Of a DNA stretch of 64,000 bases, positions 45,041 through 55,146 are shown piece after piece (positions within the stretch are counted from its first letter, which is position 1; each line of letters begins with the position of its first letter). The stretch covers positions 318 to 64,317 of the forward strand of contig CAYQJX010000010.1 in the NCBI GenBank assembly GCA_964417965.1, read 5' to 3'. The translations under genes and the position numbers were made by a program. The notes below the pieces were generated by a model. That model was not told the origin of the DNA, did no database searches, and was given only the letters and a program-made list of their open reading frames with translations. Source of the DNA: an uncultured Elusimicrobiaceae bacterium (GTDB lineage Bacteria > Elusimicrobiota > Elusimicrobia > Elusimicrobiales > UBA9959).

Positions 45041-45070
45041 AAAAAACCGCGGGCCTTCCCGCGGTTTTTT
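45041..45070. terminator. Bidirectional terminator
   Basis: AAAAAACCGCGGG-CCTT-CCCGCGGTTTTTT. Confidence 0.85.
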
Positions 45071-45089
45071 TACGCCCGGCCCGGGGCCC

Positions 45090-45383
45090 TCAGTGCGGGA
45101 CCAGGTGCAGCCAGGGCAGTTCGGCCAGGGCCGCGGCGGTAGCCGAGTCCAGGTCCGGGTATTTCTCGGCCGTGCCTTCCTTCACCGGCAGCCAGGCCAT
45201 CTCCAGGATCTTGTCGTCGAAATATTCCTCGCGGTAGCCGCAGACGCCGTCCTCGTCCCTGCGGAAGAAGCGCACCCTGCGCTTGCCGTCCGGGGCGTAG
45301 ACCGTCTTGACCACGGCCACGGTATCCGTCTGCGCGCCGGGCAGGAAAAACGCGGCCAACGCTCTTTTTAATCCCCTGAACAC
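45090..45383 (-). CDS. Hypothetical protein
   Basis: 97-aa ORF with a GGAGGG RBS and typical codon usage. Confidence 0.6.
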   Translation of the reverse strand: MFRGLKRALAAFFLPGAQTDTVAVVKTVYAPDGKRRVRFFRRDEDGVCGYREEYFDDKILEMAWLPVKEGTAEKYPDLDSATAAALAELPWLHLVPH

Positions 45384-45434
45384 GCGCCCTCCTTAATCCC
45401 TGACCTGGACATAAAATTTGATATCATTTCTGTT

Positions 45435-45812
45435 ATGCCTCCGCCGAACAAAAAGATCCTGGTCATGGACGACGACAAAACGGTACATTCCATTCTTAAG
45501 CTGGTCTTTGAAAAGGCCGGCTACCAGGTTTTTTCAGCGCTGGACGCCATGCAGGGCATGATGATGGCCAAGCAGGTCAAGCCCGACCTGATAGTGCTCG
45601 ACATCATGATGCCCGCGGGCGGCGGCTTCGCCGTCTACGAGCGCCTGCAGATGATGTCCGGCACTTTCCAGGTCCCTTTCCTTATCTATTCTTCCGTGAG
45701 CCGGGAGGACATCCTGGCCAAGATCCCGGAAGGCCAGCGGGTGGAAGTGCTGTCCAAAACTGCCCCCATCGACACCATCCTCGCCGCGGCTGAACGGCTG
45801 CTTAAGCCCTGA
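45435..45812 (+). CDS. Single-domain response regulator
   Basis: MDDD, PDLIVLDIMMP, YSS, SKT receiver motifs. Confidence 0.88.
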   Translation: MPPPNKKILVMDDDKTVHSILKLVFEKAGYQVFSALDAMQGMMMAKQVKPDLIVLDIMMPAGGGFAVYERLQMMSGTFQVPFLIYSSVSREDILAKIPEGQRVEVLSKTAPIDTILAAAERLLKP

Positions 45813-45816
45813 CGCG

Positions 45817-46926
45817 CTAAAACGTGTCCAGCTTGTCGAACTCTGAAACTTTCTTTTTCTCCAGCAGCCCGGCCAGGTCGCGGCTGTAGGCGAACGGTCC
45901 TCTGGGCCAGCCGAAGGCCAGCTTCACGGCCGTCTCTATATCGTACTCGGAGGCCATGATCTCGGCGGCCAGCAGCCTGGCCTCCTCCACCACGGGCCGC
46001 ATCAGTTCCCCGAAAATTTCTTCTTTCCCGGTCTTCTTCAGGCCGAGGTACTTTATCATGTTCGGCAGGCCCGGGTTCTCCCCGGCTATGCGGCCCTCCT
46101 CGTAAATGTAGAAGCCGATGGTGGTCTTGCGCCCCAGCTGCCCGTACTGCACGAGGCGCCGCAGGGTCGGCGAAGGGGTCAGGCGCTCGGGGCTGCCGAG
46201 CGCGGCGTAGATGGCCTCCGAAGCCCGGAAGTCCGAATCCAGGCCGGCGAGGTCCAGCATCTCAAAGGGCCCGGCCGCGGCGCCGGCTATTTCCTTGAAA
46301 GCGGCGTCGATCTCGTGCGGGTAGCCTTTGCCGGACTCGAGCAGGCGCAGCGCGGCCAGCAGGAAAGGACGGGCCAGGCGCTCCACTATCTGGCCGGGGT
46401 TGTCCTTGACCATGATCGGCGTCTTGCCTATCTTGCGCAGCAGCGCGACGACGGCCTCCACGTATTCGTCCTTGGTGTGGTCGGTGCGCACCACCTCCAC
46501 CAGGGCGTTGGTCCGTACCGGCTTTAGCAGATGAAACCCGAGCACGCGTTCCCTGGGCAGCTCGGCGAAATCCAGCATTTCTTTAAGCGGGGTTACGGCG
46601 CAGCGGGCGGCCACCACGCAGCCCCCGTCCAGGTGCGGGCGCAGCTTGGTATACAGCAGCTTTCTCTCCTCGGGGGACTTGGAGGCGGCCTCGATAACGA
46701 TATCGGCGCCGCTGAACTTGGACAGGTCCTGGATGCCTTCTATATTGCCCAGCAGGTCCTCTTTGCCGGCCTGGCGCAGCGACCAGGAGATCTTGGCCAG
46801 CGCCACATTGAGGCTGTCTTTGAAATCGTCGTAAAGCCGCACCTGGTAGCCGTGCTTTACGAACAGCTCGGCCGCGCCGCAGCCGGTGGTATTGCCGCCG
46901 ATAATTCCTATCGCTTTTATTTCCAT
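45817..46926 (-). CDS. Divergent 3-hydroxyacyl-CoA dehydrogenase family protein
   Basis: DIVIEA, GFHLLKP, LVEVVR, DNPGQIVER, GPFEMLDLAGLD, GQLGRKT; NAD motif altered to GGNTTG. Confidence 0.72.
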   Translation of the reverse strand: MEIKAIGIIGGNTTGCGAAELFVKHGYQVRLYDDFKDSLNVALAKISWSLRQAGKEDLLGNIEGIQDLSKFSGADIVIEAASKSPEERKLLYTKLRPHLDGGCVVAARCAVTPLKEMLDFAELPRERVLGFHLLKPVRTNALVEVVRTDHTKDEYVEAVVALLRKIGKTPIMVKDNPGQIVERLARPFLLAALRLLESGKGYPHEIDAAFKEIAGAAAGPFEMLDLAGLDSDFRASEAIYAALGSPERLTPSPTLRRLVQYGQLGRKTTIGFYIYEEGRIAGENPGLPNMIKYLGLKKTGKEEIFGELMRPVVEEARLLAAEIMASEYDIETAVKLAFGWPRGPFAYSRDLAGLLEKKKVSEFDKLDTF

Positions 46927-46954
46927 GTTCAGCAAAACTCCTCGCGGGAGGCGG

Positions 46955-48535
46955 CTAGGCCACCCTGACTTCTTCCAGCCGCACGATCCCGTCCTTGCCG
47001 GCGACTATCCTGATACGTTCGTAATGGATGGTGACCTGCTCTTCTTTGTCGAAATAGGTGTACTTCAGGACCAGGTTGATGTGGTAGACCCGCGAACAGA
47101 CCGCCGCGCGCAGGTCGCCGGTGGCCGGGTCCACGTAGGGATAATCCACGGCCGCGTCGTCGGCCTGCGCCACGAGCTCGCGGATATTGAAGCGCATGAT
47201 GTCGTTAAGGTCGCGGCGGCGCTCGTGGCTCTTGAGGATGACCTCGGGGTAGAGCAGGATCTCCTTCTTGTACTTGAAGACGCGTTCCGGCTTGCCCTCC
47301 TCGTCCACCGAGGTGATATTGTCTATGCGGCGCAGGCGGGCTATGTCCGGCGGGATGTCCCGGTCCGAGATGAAGGTGAAGGCCTCTTTGAGCAGGCCGA
47401 TGCGCGCGCCGCCGCCGGAGGAGTCCAGGATGTCTATCTTGCGGTCGGAGATCCAGCGGGTGAGGCTCTTGGAGAACAGCAGCTTGAGCCAGTCCTTGAT
47501 GCGGTCCTTGAAGATATAGCTGATCACCACGGCCAGCACGAAGGGCATGCTGTTCATGGCGTAGCGCTGCTGGAAGAACAGGGTGACCAGCACGGCGAAC
47601 AGCATGGCGCTCCCGGCGGCCAGGCCGAAGAACACCTGCGTCAGGCCCTCCCACTCGGAGAACTCGGCCTTGAGATAGAGCACGCTGGAGATAAACTTCT
47701 TCAGCACGCCCCGGCGGTAGATGATGGTCTCGTTGGTGGAGCCGGGCGTGAGCACCGACGGGTACTTCATGGCCTGCCGGTAGCGGCTCTGGGCCGTCAC
47801 GATAGCCAGCACGCCCCGTTCCACGTCGGCGAAGCGCTCCCTGGCGCCCGGGTTATTGCGGATGGCCTCCAGCAGCGAGGTCAGGTACTCCTCCAGCAGC
47901 AGGCTGACATACTCGTCGAAGAAAGCGGCGGTCTCGCGGATCTTAAGCGGCACGGCCGGGTCCGAGACCTCGGCTTTAAGGGAGGACAGCGCGGTCTCGA
48001 GGTTCTTAAGGTCTCCGAGGAAATTCTCCAGGCCTTCCCCCACGAAAAGCCTGCGCTGCGCGGCCGGCACGGCGTTCCCGTAGGTGGCCAGCCCGTCCAC
48101 GAAGATCTTTACGTAGTCGCGCAGCTCGCCGCGGATAATGCAGCCCAGCAGGCGGAACTCGCCGCAGATCTTGTCGGAGAGCGCCGGGTCCCCCTCGCCG
48201 GCCAGCACCCGCGACAGGTCCTGCCGTACGCGGTTGAGCGGCGAGGTGGCCAGCGCCGGGTCGCAGACCTTGCCCAGGCTCATCTTGGGCGTGCGGAAGC
48301 GGATGTAGCGCTGGCTGGAGTTGTAGAAATTCTCTTTCTTGTAATTATGCGGGCCCACGTTGAGCGCCCGCGGCACGAAGAAGTAGGTCTCCACCTCGTA
48401 GGAGCTCCTGGCCGTGGCGTCCAGGTCGATGTCGAGCTTGATCTCGAAGCGGTGCCTGTCGTGCTGCTTTATGCGTGAGTCGAAAATATCGTTCTGGTCG
48501 TCAATCATAAGGTGATGGCGGCCCGCGGGGGCCAC
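46955..48535 (-). CDS. Hypothetical membrane protein with two TM helices
   Basis: 526-aa ORF with strong codon bias; GTG start 6 nt after TATAAT (alternative ATG 48508). Confidence 0.65.
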   Translation of the reverse strand: MAPAGRHHLMIDDQNDIFDSRIKQHDRHRFEIKLDIDLDATARSSYEVETYFFVPRALNVGPHNYKKENFYNSSQRYIRFRTPKMSLGKVCDPALATSPLNRVRQDLSRVLAGEGDPALSDKICGEFRLLGCIIRGELRDYVKIFVDGLATYGNAVPAAQRRLFVGEGLENFLGDLKNLETALSSLKAEVSDPAVPLKIRETAAFFDEYVSLLLEEYLTSLLEAIRNNPGARERFADVERGVLAIVTAQSRYRQAMKYPSVLTPGSTNETIIYRRGVLKKFISSVLYLKAEFSEWEGLTQVFFGLAAGSAMLFAVLVTLFFQQRYAMNSMPFVLAVVISYIFKDRIKDWLKLLFSKSLTRWISDRKIDILDSSGGGARIGLLKEAFTFISDRDIPPDIARLRRIDNITSVDEEGKPERVFKYKKEILLYPEVILKSHERRRDLNDIMRFNIRELVAQADDAAVDYPYVDPATGDLRAAVCSRVYHINLVLKYTYFDKEEQVTIHYERIRIVAGKDGIVRLEEVRVA

Positions 48536-48559
48536 CGCTACATTATAGAAATTGTAGGC

Positions 48560-48644
48560 AGGGGACGCTGATGACTATATTCCTAATTGCTACTAACTCC
48601 AGCACGCGTTGCGGGAAATAGTCATATAGTCATCAGCGTCCCCT
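48560..48644. repeat. 21-bp perfect inverted repeat with a 43-nt spacer
   Basis: AGGGGACGCTGATGACTATAT (48560-48580) and ATATAGTCATCAGCGTCCCCT (48624-48644). Confidence 0.85.
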
Positions 48645-48649
48645 ACCTT

Positions 48650-49537
48650 CTATTTGTCGGGGTGGAATTTGTCGTGGGCGCGCTTTACGTCGCCTTTGTC
48701 CACGTGGGCGTAGATCTGGGTGGTGTTCAGGCTGGCGTGGCCCAGCATCTCCTGCACGGAGCGCAGGTCGGCCCCGCCCTGCACCAGGTGGCTGGCGAAG
48801 GTGTGGCGGAACAGGTGCGGGTGCGGTTTAAGTTCCACCCCCGCCTCGCGGCCGAAAGCCACTATGTCCTTCCACATCTGCTGGCGGCTGAGTTTCACTC
48901 CGGAACGGTTGAGGAACAGCTCGTCGGCCACCGCCCGGCCGCCGAATTTAAGCTGCCTGGCCTCCAGGTACTCCTTCAGGCGGCTCAGCGCGGCCGCGTT
49001 GACCGGCACCATGCGCTCCTTGGCGCCCTTGCCGAAGACGCGCAGCCAGCCCTGCTGAAAATTAACCGATTCCAGCCGCAGGCCCAGCAGCTCCGACACC
49101 CGCATGCCGCTGGCGTAGAGCAGCTCTATGGCCGCCGCCGCGCGCACATGGGCGAAGGCCTGCCCCGCCGGGAAACCGAGCAGCTTCTCGGTATCGCGGC
49201 GGTCCAGGAAGCGCGGCACTTTGCGCGGCAGCTTGGGAGCCCTGAAATTGGCGGTGGGATCTTTCTGCGCCTTGCCTTCCAGCCGCAGGTAGCGGTAGAA
49301 GGCCCGGAGCGCCTCGGTCTTGCGGAAGATGGAGGCCGGGCCGAGCCCGCGGTCCTTTTTAAGGGACCACAGGTAGCCCTCCACGAACGTCGCCTCGGCT
49401 ATGGCGGGGTCGGTCTTCCTGGCCTCGCAGTAGGCCAGGAAGGCTTCCACGTCCCCGGAGTAGGCGAGGCAGGTGTTTTTTGCCAGGCCCCGCTCCATCC
49501 CCAGGTAACGCGAGAAATCAGCCGCTAAAGGACGCAT
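48650..49537 (-). CDS. xerD: Site-specific tyrosine recombinase XerD-like
   Basis: ELLYASGMRVSEL, GKGAKER.VP, PHLFRHTFASHL..GGADLRSVQEMLGHA...TTQIY. Confidence 0.88.
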   Translation of the reverse strand: MRPLAADFSRYLGMERGLAKNTCLAYSGDVEAFLAYCEARKTDPAIAEATFVEGYLWSLKKDRGLGPASIFRKTEALRAFYRYLRLEGKAQKDPTANFRAPKLPRKVPRFLDRRDTEKLLGFPAGQAFAHVRAAAAIELLYASGMRVSELLGLRLESVNFQQGWLRVFGKGAKERMVPVNAAALSRLKEYLEARQLKFGGRAVADELFLNRSGVKLSRQQMWKDIVAFGREAGVELKPHPHLFRHTFASHLVQGGADLRSVQEMLGHASLNTTQIYAHVDKGDVKRAHDKFHPDK

Positions 49538-50626
<1,089 letters not shown>

Positions 50627-50659
50627 AATTTGTAACCTCCGTTAAATTTTCTTACCTAG

Positions 50660-50696
50660 ATAGTCTACAACCTCAACCCGACAGCGTAGTGTCGGG
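50660..50696 (-). promoter_or_regulatory. PafBC/RecA-NDp-like recA promoter, copy 2
   Basis: Minus strand CCCGACA-N6-TGTCGGG-N8-GTAGACTAT, i.e. TGTCGG-N10-TAGACT. Confidence 0.7.
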
Positions 50697-50808
50697 GTGG
50701 CGGAAAAGTATTATGTTAACATTTCTGCACCTCAGTTAAAGAACCTTTTCGCCGCGACCTCATTGAGTATAGATGATTTTTCTCCAGCTGTCAAGTATTA
50801 AGGAGATA

Positions 50809-50837
50809 TTGACTTTAGCGATATAATATATTATCCT
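50809..50837 (+). promoter_or_regulatory. Leaderless-type sigma-70 promoter of the lexA-like gene
   Basis: TTGACT-N17-TATCCT, 6 nt before the ATG; palindrome ATAATATATTAT at 50823-50834. Confidence 0.55.
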
Positions 50838-50843
50838 TTATAT

Positions 50844-51500
50844 ATGCATCCCATACAAGAGAAGCTCCTGAATCTTTCCAAAGCCAACAACCTGGCGCAG
50901 TTCAGCCTGCGCGAAATGGCCGCCGCTATCGGCCTGCCGCAGGAATCCCCCCAGAAGATAAAGCACCATCTCCTGCAGCTCGAGAAGAAGGGCTTTTTCA
51001 CCATAGACCGGGCGAAGGGCCTGATGGAAAAGGCGAAGCTCCTGCCGGGCCTGGCCAGCGGCCTGCTGAAAGAAGCTTCCGCCCTCTTCTCCATCCCCAT
51101 AATCGGCATGGCGAACTGCGGTCCCGCCACCATCTACGCCGAGCAGAACTTCGAGGGCTTCCTGCGCGTCTCCGGGCGCCTGATCGGCCGCTCCACCCCG
51201 GCCGGCCTCTACGCCCTCAAGACCAGCGGCTCGTCCATGAACCGCGCCGAGATAGCGGGTAAGAAGATAGAGGACGGCGACTACGTGGTGATAGACAGCA
51301 ACAAGCGCGTGCCGGCCAACAACGATATTGTGCTGGCCATCATAGACAACAAGGCCACCATCAAGCGCTTCATCGACGACCGGGCCAACGGCCAGGTGAT
51401 CCTGAAGGCCGACTCCTCCCACGACTACGAGCCCATCTACCTGCACCCCGACGACGACTTCCTCATCAACGGCAAAGCCGTCGCCGTCATCAAGAGATAA
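50844..51500 (+). CDS. lexA: LexA-like repressor (winged HTH plus S24 peptidase)
   Basis: SLREMAAAIGL...HHLLQLEKKGF; IPIIGMANCG cleavage region; GSSM catalytic Ser and ATIKRF catalytic Lys; divergent from recA. Confidence 0.72.
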   Translation: MHPIQEKLLNLSKANNLAQFSLREMAAAIGLPQESPQKIKHHLLQLEKKGFFTIDRAKGLMEKAKLLPGLASGLLKEASALFSIPIIGMANCGPATIYAEQNFEGFLRVSGRLIGRSTPAGLYALKTSGSSMNRAEIAGKKIEDGDYVVIDSNKRVPANNDIVLAIIDNKATIKRFIDDRANGQVILKADSSHDYEPIYLHPDDDFLINGKAVAVIKR

Positions 51501-51542
51501 TTTTGCCCCGGCGCCGGCGCAATTGAAATTAAGGAGGGATCC

Positions 51543-51827
51543 ATGAACAGAGAAACCGTCTTTAAACAGCTTAAATCTTTTCGCGGCAACTGCGTTAAGA
51601 TCAAGATGCGCGATGGGAGCGCCGAGAGCATTGTCGTTCCCAAAAGCTATGAGATCGGGATCCTGGAATCGGAAAGCAAAGACGGGAAAGAAACCGTTTG
51701 GCTTAGGATCTGGAACAATGAGCTCCAGTTCAGGCTGGAGAATATTTCATCCATCACCAAAACAGCCATGCTCCATGATATTGACGTTAGCGGACTAATA
51801 GTAAAACATCAACCGTATTTTGCCTGA
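51543..51827 (+). CDS. Hypothetical protein
   Basis: 94-aa ORF with an AAGGAGG RBS. Confidence 0.6.
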   Translation: MNRETVFKQLKSFRGNCVKIKMRDGSAESIVVPKSYEIGILESESKDGKETVWLRIWNNELQFRLENISSITKTAMLHDIDVSGLIVKHQPYFA

Positions 51828-51897
51828 AAATTTTACTTGCCTTGGCCGGACGGATTAGGTTTAATCTGACTAGAGTCAATTGACCGGAGGCAAGTAC

Positions 51898-52845
51898 ATG
51901 AAAAAAATAGCACTGTTCACCGCGGCCCTGGCGTTCTGCGCCGGCTCCGCCTTTTCCGCCGAAAAAGTAATTTACGGTTCCGACGACCGCCTGGACATCT
52001 ACCAGGTTTCCGACGCCCGCCTGCTCAAGCTGGCGGATTCCACCGTGGGCCTGTTCCAGGGCTACGACGTGACCATCGAAGGTTCCAAGGCCAAGCTGGC
52101 CACCGAATCCTACGCCGACGGCTACAATCTCTGCAAAGAAGAACCCTTCTACGAACAGGTCACCGGCGCCTTCTGCTCCGGCTCGCTGGTAGCCCCGGAC
52201 ATCATCATGACCGCCGGCCATTGCGTAAAGACCGAAGACGCCTGCAAGGGCACCAAGTTCGTGTTCGGCTTCGCGGTGAAGGCCAAGGGCGTAATGCCCT
52301 CCGAAGTGCCCGCCAACGACGTATACGGCTGCGCGCAGCTGATTGGCCGCGAGCAGGTAGGCACCGGCGCCGACTGGGCGCTGATCCGCCTGGACCGCAA
52401 AGTGACCGGCCATGAGCCGCTCAAATATAACACCGCCGACACCGTTAAGAACGGCGACGAGCTGGTAGTCATCGGCCACCCGGCCGGCCTGCCCACTAAA
52501 GTGGCCGGCGGCGCCACCGTGCGCGACGCTTCGCCCAAGGGCTACTACGTGGCCAACCTCGACACCTACGGCGGCAACTCCGGCTCCGCGGTGTTCAACG
52601 CCAGGACCGGCGTGATAGAGGGCATCCTGGTGCGCGGCGAGAACGACTACGTGTACAAGGACGGCTGCTCCGTCTCCAACGTCTGCCCCTCCACGGGCTG
52701 CCGCGGCGAGGACGTGACCAAGCTTTCCGCCATCACTTCCCCCTTCACCAAGGCCTCGCTGGCCGGCGCCGGCGAAACCGTGACCGTAGCCAAGGCCGCC
52801 CCGGCCTTCGAGCTGCTCAAGACCGTGGCTCCCGAACTCAACTAA
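51898..52845 (+). CDS. Secreted trypsin-like (S1) serine protease
   Basis: Signal peptide; TAGHC, DWALIRL and GGNSGS catalytic triad. Confidence 0.9.
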   Translation: MKKIALFTAALAFCAGSAFSAEKVIYGSDDRLDIYQVSDARLLKLADSTVGLFQGYDVTIEGSKAKLATESYADGYNLCKEEPFYEQVTGAFCSGSLVAPDIIMTAGHCVKTEDACKGTKFVFGFAVKAKGVMPSEVPANDVYGCAQLIGREQVGTGADWALIRLDRKVTGHEPLKYNTADTVKNGDELVVIGHPAGLPTKVAGGATVRDASPKGYYVANLDTYGGNSGSAVFNARTGVIEGILVRGENDYVYKDGCSVSNVCPSTGCRGEDVTKLSAITSPFTKASLAGAGETVTVAKAAPAFELLKTVAPELN

Positions 52846-52857
52846 ACCAAGGGCCAT

Positions 52858-52888
52858 AAAAAAACCCCCGGCCGCCCGGGGGTTTTTT
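52858..52888. terminator. Bidirectional terminator
   Basis: AAAACCCCCGG / CCGGGGGTTTTTT. Confidence 0.8.
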
Positions 52889-52906
52889 ATTTATACCCTT
52901 AATAAA

Positions 52907-55048
52907 CTATTCCACCACGCTGAACCGCACCGTGCGGGCCCGCACGGTTTCCGTACCGCGGGAGAGCGTAAAGCTGACGCTGTGCGCCCCGGGCGCCAAC
53001 GGCCAGGGAGCGCCGTTCCCGCGTTCGGCCAGCTCCTTGCCGTCCACCGTCCAGGCGATCTCCCCCTCCTCCTCCCCGGCCTTGAAGAAAAGGGCCTGCG
53101 AAGCGCGAGGCACCTGCGGGTCCAGCCTGAAAACATCCCCTTCCGAAGGGAATTTTACCGAGGGCTTTCCGGCAGGGCGGGGGAGCGCGGCCTCCGGCGG
53201 GGAATGCTCGGAGCATTGGCCGGCGGGCAGGAGCGCGGCGGTGAAGACCTCCTCCATGGAGGAAGGGCAGAACTGCGAAGGCAGTTGGCCGGAGACGGGG
53301 CAGACCCGGGCGGTCTTTATGCCTGGCGGCCGCCGGAACGGGGTGGAGCCGTAAAGTTTTTTAAGCGCCAGCGCAGTTTCCTTTAACACGGGCGCCGCGC
53401 CGGTGATGCCGGAAACCCGGCGCATGGGCGCGCCGCTGAAATTCCCCACCCACACGCCTACTGTCCACTCCGGCGTATACCCCACGGCCCAATTGTCGCG
53501 GTAATCCTTGGTGGTGCCGGTCTTGGCCGCCAGTTCGAAGGGCAGGTTGAAGACCGAATCCGCGCCGAAAGCCGGCGCGCGGGCGGAGTTGTCCGAGAGG
53601 ATATTGGTGACGATATAGGCCTCGGCCCGGCCTATAGCCCGGCGGGCCCCGGCCGGCTCGCCCATAGTCAGCCGCGCCGGCAGCCAGATGCCGCTCCGCG
53701 CCAGCGCCGCGTAGGCCGCGGTCAGCTCCAGCAGCGTCACCTCGCCGTTACCCAGCGCCAGGCCCTCGCCGTAAAAGTCGGCCGGCTTATCCAGCGAAGC
53801 GAAACCGAAATCCTTAAGCTTTGCCAGCAGGTCCTGCACGCCGACGCGCTGCGCCAGCCGCACCGCCGGCACATTATAGGAACAGGCCAGCGCCTGGCGC
53901 AGGCGCACCCGGCCATGGTAGGAACGGTCGTAGTTCTCCGGGGCGTGGCCGCCGGCGGCGTAGAGCGGGGAATCGTCCAGCAAGTCAGAAGCCCGCGCGC
54001 CTTTTGAAATAGCCAGGGCGTAGAGAAAAGGTTTAAGCGCCGAGCCCGGCTGCCGGCGGGCGAGCACACCGTCCACCTGGCCGTTATTGATCCCGTCGAA
54101 AAAATCATTGGACCCTACCCATGCCAGAACGCCGCCGGTGGCGTTATCCAGCACCAGCACGGCCCCGTTCTTAACGTGATTGCGCCCGGCCAGGCCGGCA
54201 AGGTGGCTGCTAAGTGCCCGCGCGGCGGCCTCCTGGGCGCGGCTGTCCAGCGTGGTGGCCACGGTGCCTCCGGCCGGGGCGCGCCGCAGCGCCTGGTCGG
54301 CGAAGTGGGGCGCGCTGAAAGATCTTTCCTTCTCCCTGGCCGCCGTCTTTTCCGCCAGCGCCAGGCGGTAGGTCTCGGCGTCCAACAGGCCCAGGTCTGA
54401 CATGCGGCGCAGGATCAGCCGGCGGCGGTCTTCTGCCGCCCCGGGGTGGCGGCGAGGATCGTAATTTACAGGGGATTTGGGAATGCCGGCCAGCAGGGCC
54501 GCCTGGGCGGGGCTCAGGTCGGCCGCGGGTACGCCGAAATAATCCAGCGAGGCCGCGCCGGCCCCGGTGAGCAGCGCCCCGTAGGAGACGCCGTTAAAAT
54601 ACGCCTCAAGGATCTCCTCCTTGCTGTGCCCGGTCTCCAGCCGCAGGGCGGAGAACATCTCCTTAAGCTTGCCGAACACGGTGCGGGGGCGCGGAACCAG
54701 GGCGCGCGCGAGCTGCTGGGTTATGGTGGAGGCGCCGGACACCGTGCGGCCGCGGCTGGCGTTCTGCGCAAAGGCCCGCGCCGCGGCGCGGAAGTCCACC
54801 CCCGGGTGGGCGAAAAATCGCTTATCTTCGGCCGCCACCGTGGCCAGCACCAGCCAGGGCGAGATCTCCGCGAGCTTAAGGGGCACGCAGGCGGCGTCGG
54901 CCCCCCCGTCCAGGTAGGAGCGCAGCGGCCGGCCGGCGCGGTCGGTGACAACGGTGGAAGCCCTGGGCGCCTCCATGGCGGCCAGAGCCGGCGGGGACGC
55001 CGCGCAGCACAGCAGGGACAGCGCCAGACCAACGGCGGATGAATTCAT
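52907..55048 (-). CDS. pbpC: Penicillin-binding protein 1C
   Basis: EDKRF transglycosylase motif, GASTITQQLAR, RQPGSALKP (SxxK), SYN, KTGT; C-terminal BiPBP-like domain. Confidence 0.88.
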   Translation of the reverse strand: MNSSAVGLALSLLCCAASPPALAAMEAPRASTVVTDRAGRPLRSYLDGGADAACVPLKLAEISPWLVLATVAAEDKRFFAHPGVDFRAAARAFAQNASRGRTVSGASTITQQLARALVPRPRTVFGKLKEMFSALRLETGHSKEEILEAYFNGVSYGALLTGAGAASLDYFGVPAADLSPAQAALLAGIPKSPVNYDPRRHPGAAEDRRRLILRRMSDLGLLDAETYRLALAEKTAAREKERSFSAPHFADQALRRAPAGGTVATTLDSRAQEAAARALSSHLAGLAGRNHVKNGAVLVLDNATGGVLAWVGSNDFFDGINNGQVDGVLARRQPGSALKPFLYALAISKGARASDLLDDSPLYAAGGHAPENYDRSYHGRVRLRQALACSYNVPAVRLAQRVGVQDLLAKLKDFGFASLDKPADFYGEGLALGNGEVTLLELTAAYAALARSGIWLPARLTMGEPAGARRAIGRAEAYIVTNILSDNSARAPAFGADSVFNLPFELAAKTGTTKDYRDNWAVGYTPEWTVGVWVGNFSGAPMRRVSGITGAAPVLKETALALKKLYGSTPFRRPPGIKTARVCPVSGQLPSQFCPSSMEEVFTAALLPAGQCSEHSPPEAALPRPAGKPSVKFPSEGDVFRLDPQVPRASQALFFKAGEEEGEIAWTVDGKELAERGNGAPWPLAPGAHSVSFTLSRGTETVRARTVRFSVVE

Positions 55049-55146
55049 ATGCGGAGAATAATTATAACCCTTTTTGACGGCCGTCATTAGCAGCCGGAAC
55101 GCTTATTGGTAAAATTGATAAGCGCCCGACATCAAAGGGCCACAAC

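Noticed and set aside
48650-49537. xerD as the integrase of the peptide island
   Set aside because: It looks like a housekeeping Xer next to recA and lies more than 20 kb from the island; no integrase or transposase was seen near 5-30 kb.
50627-50843. Classical SOS boxes (CTGT-N8-ACAG, GAAC-N4-GTTC)
   Set aside because: Not found by eye in the recA-lexA intergenic region.
51866-51883. Adjacent short palindromes TGACTAGAGTCA and GTCAATTGAC before the trypsin gene
   Set aside because: Single occurrence, short, and no second instance to support an operator call.
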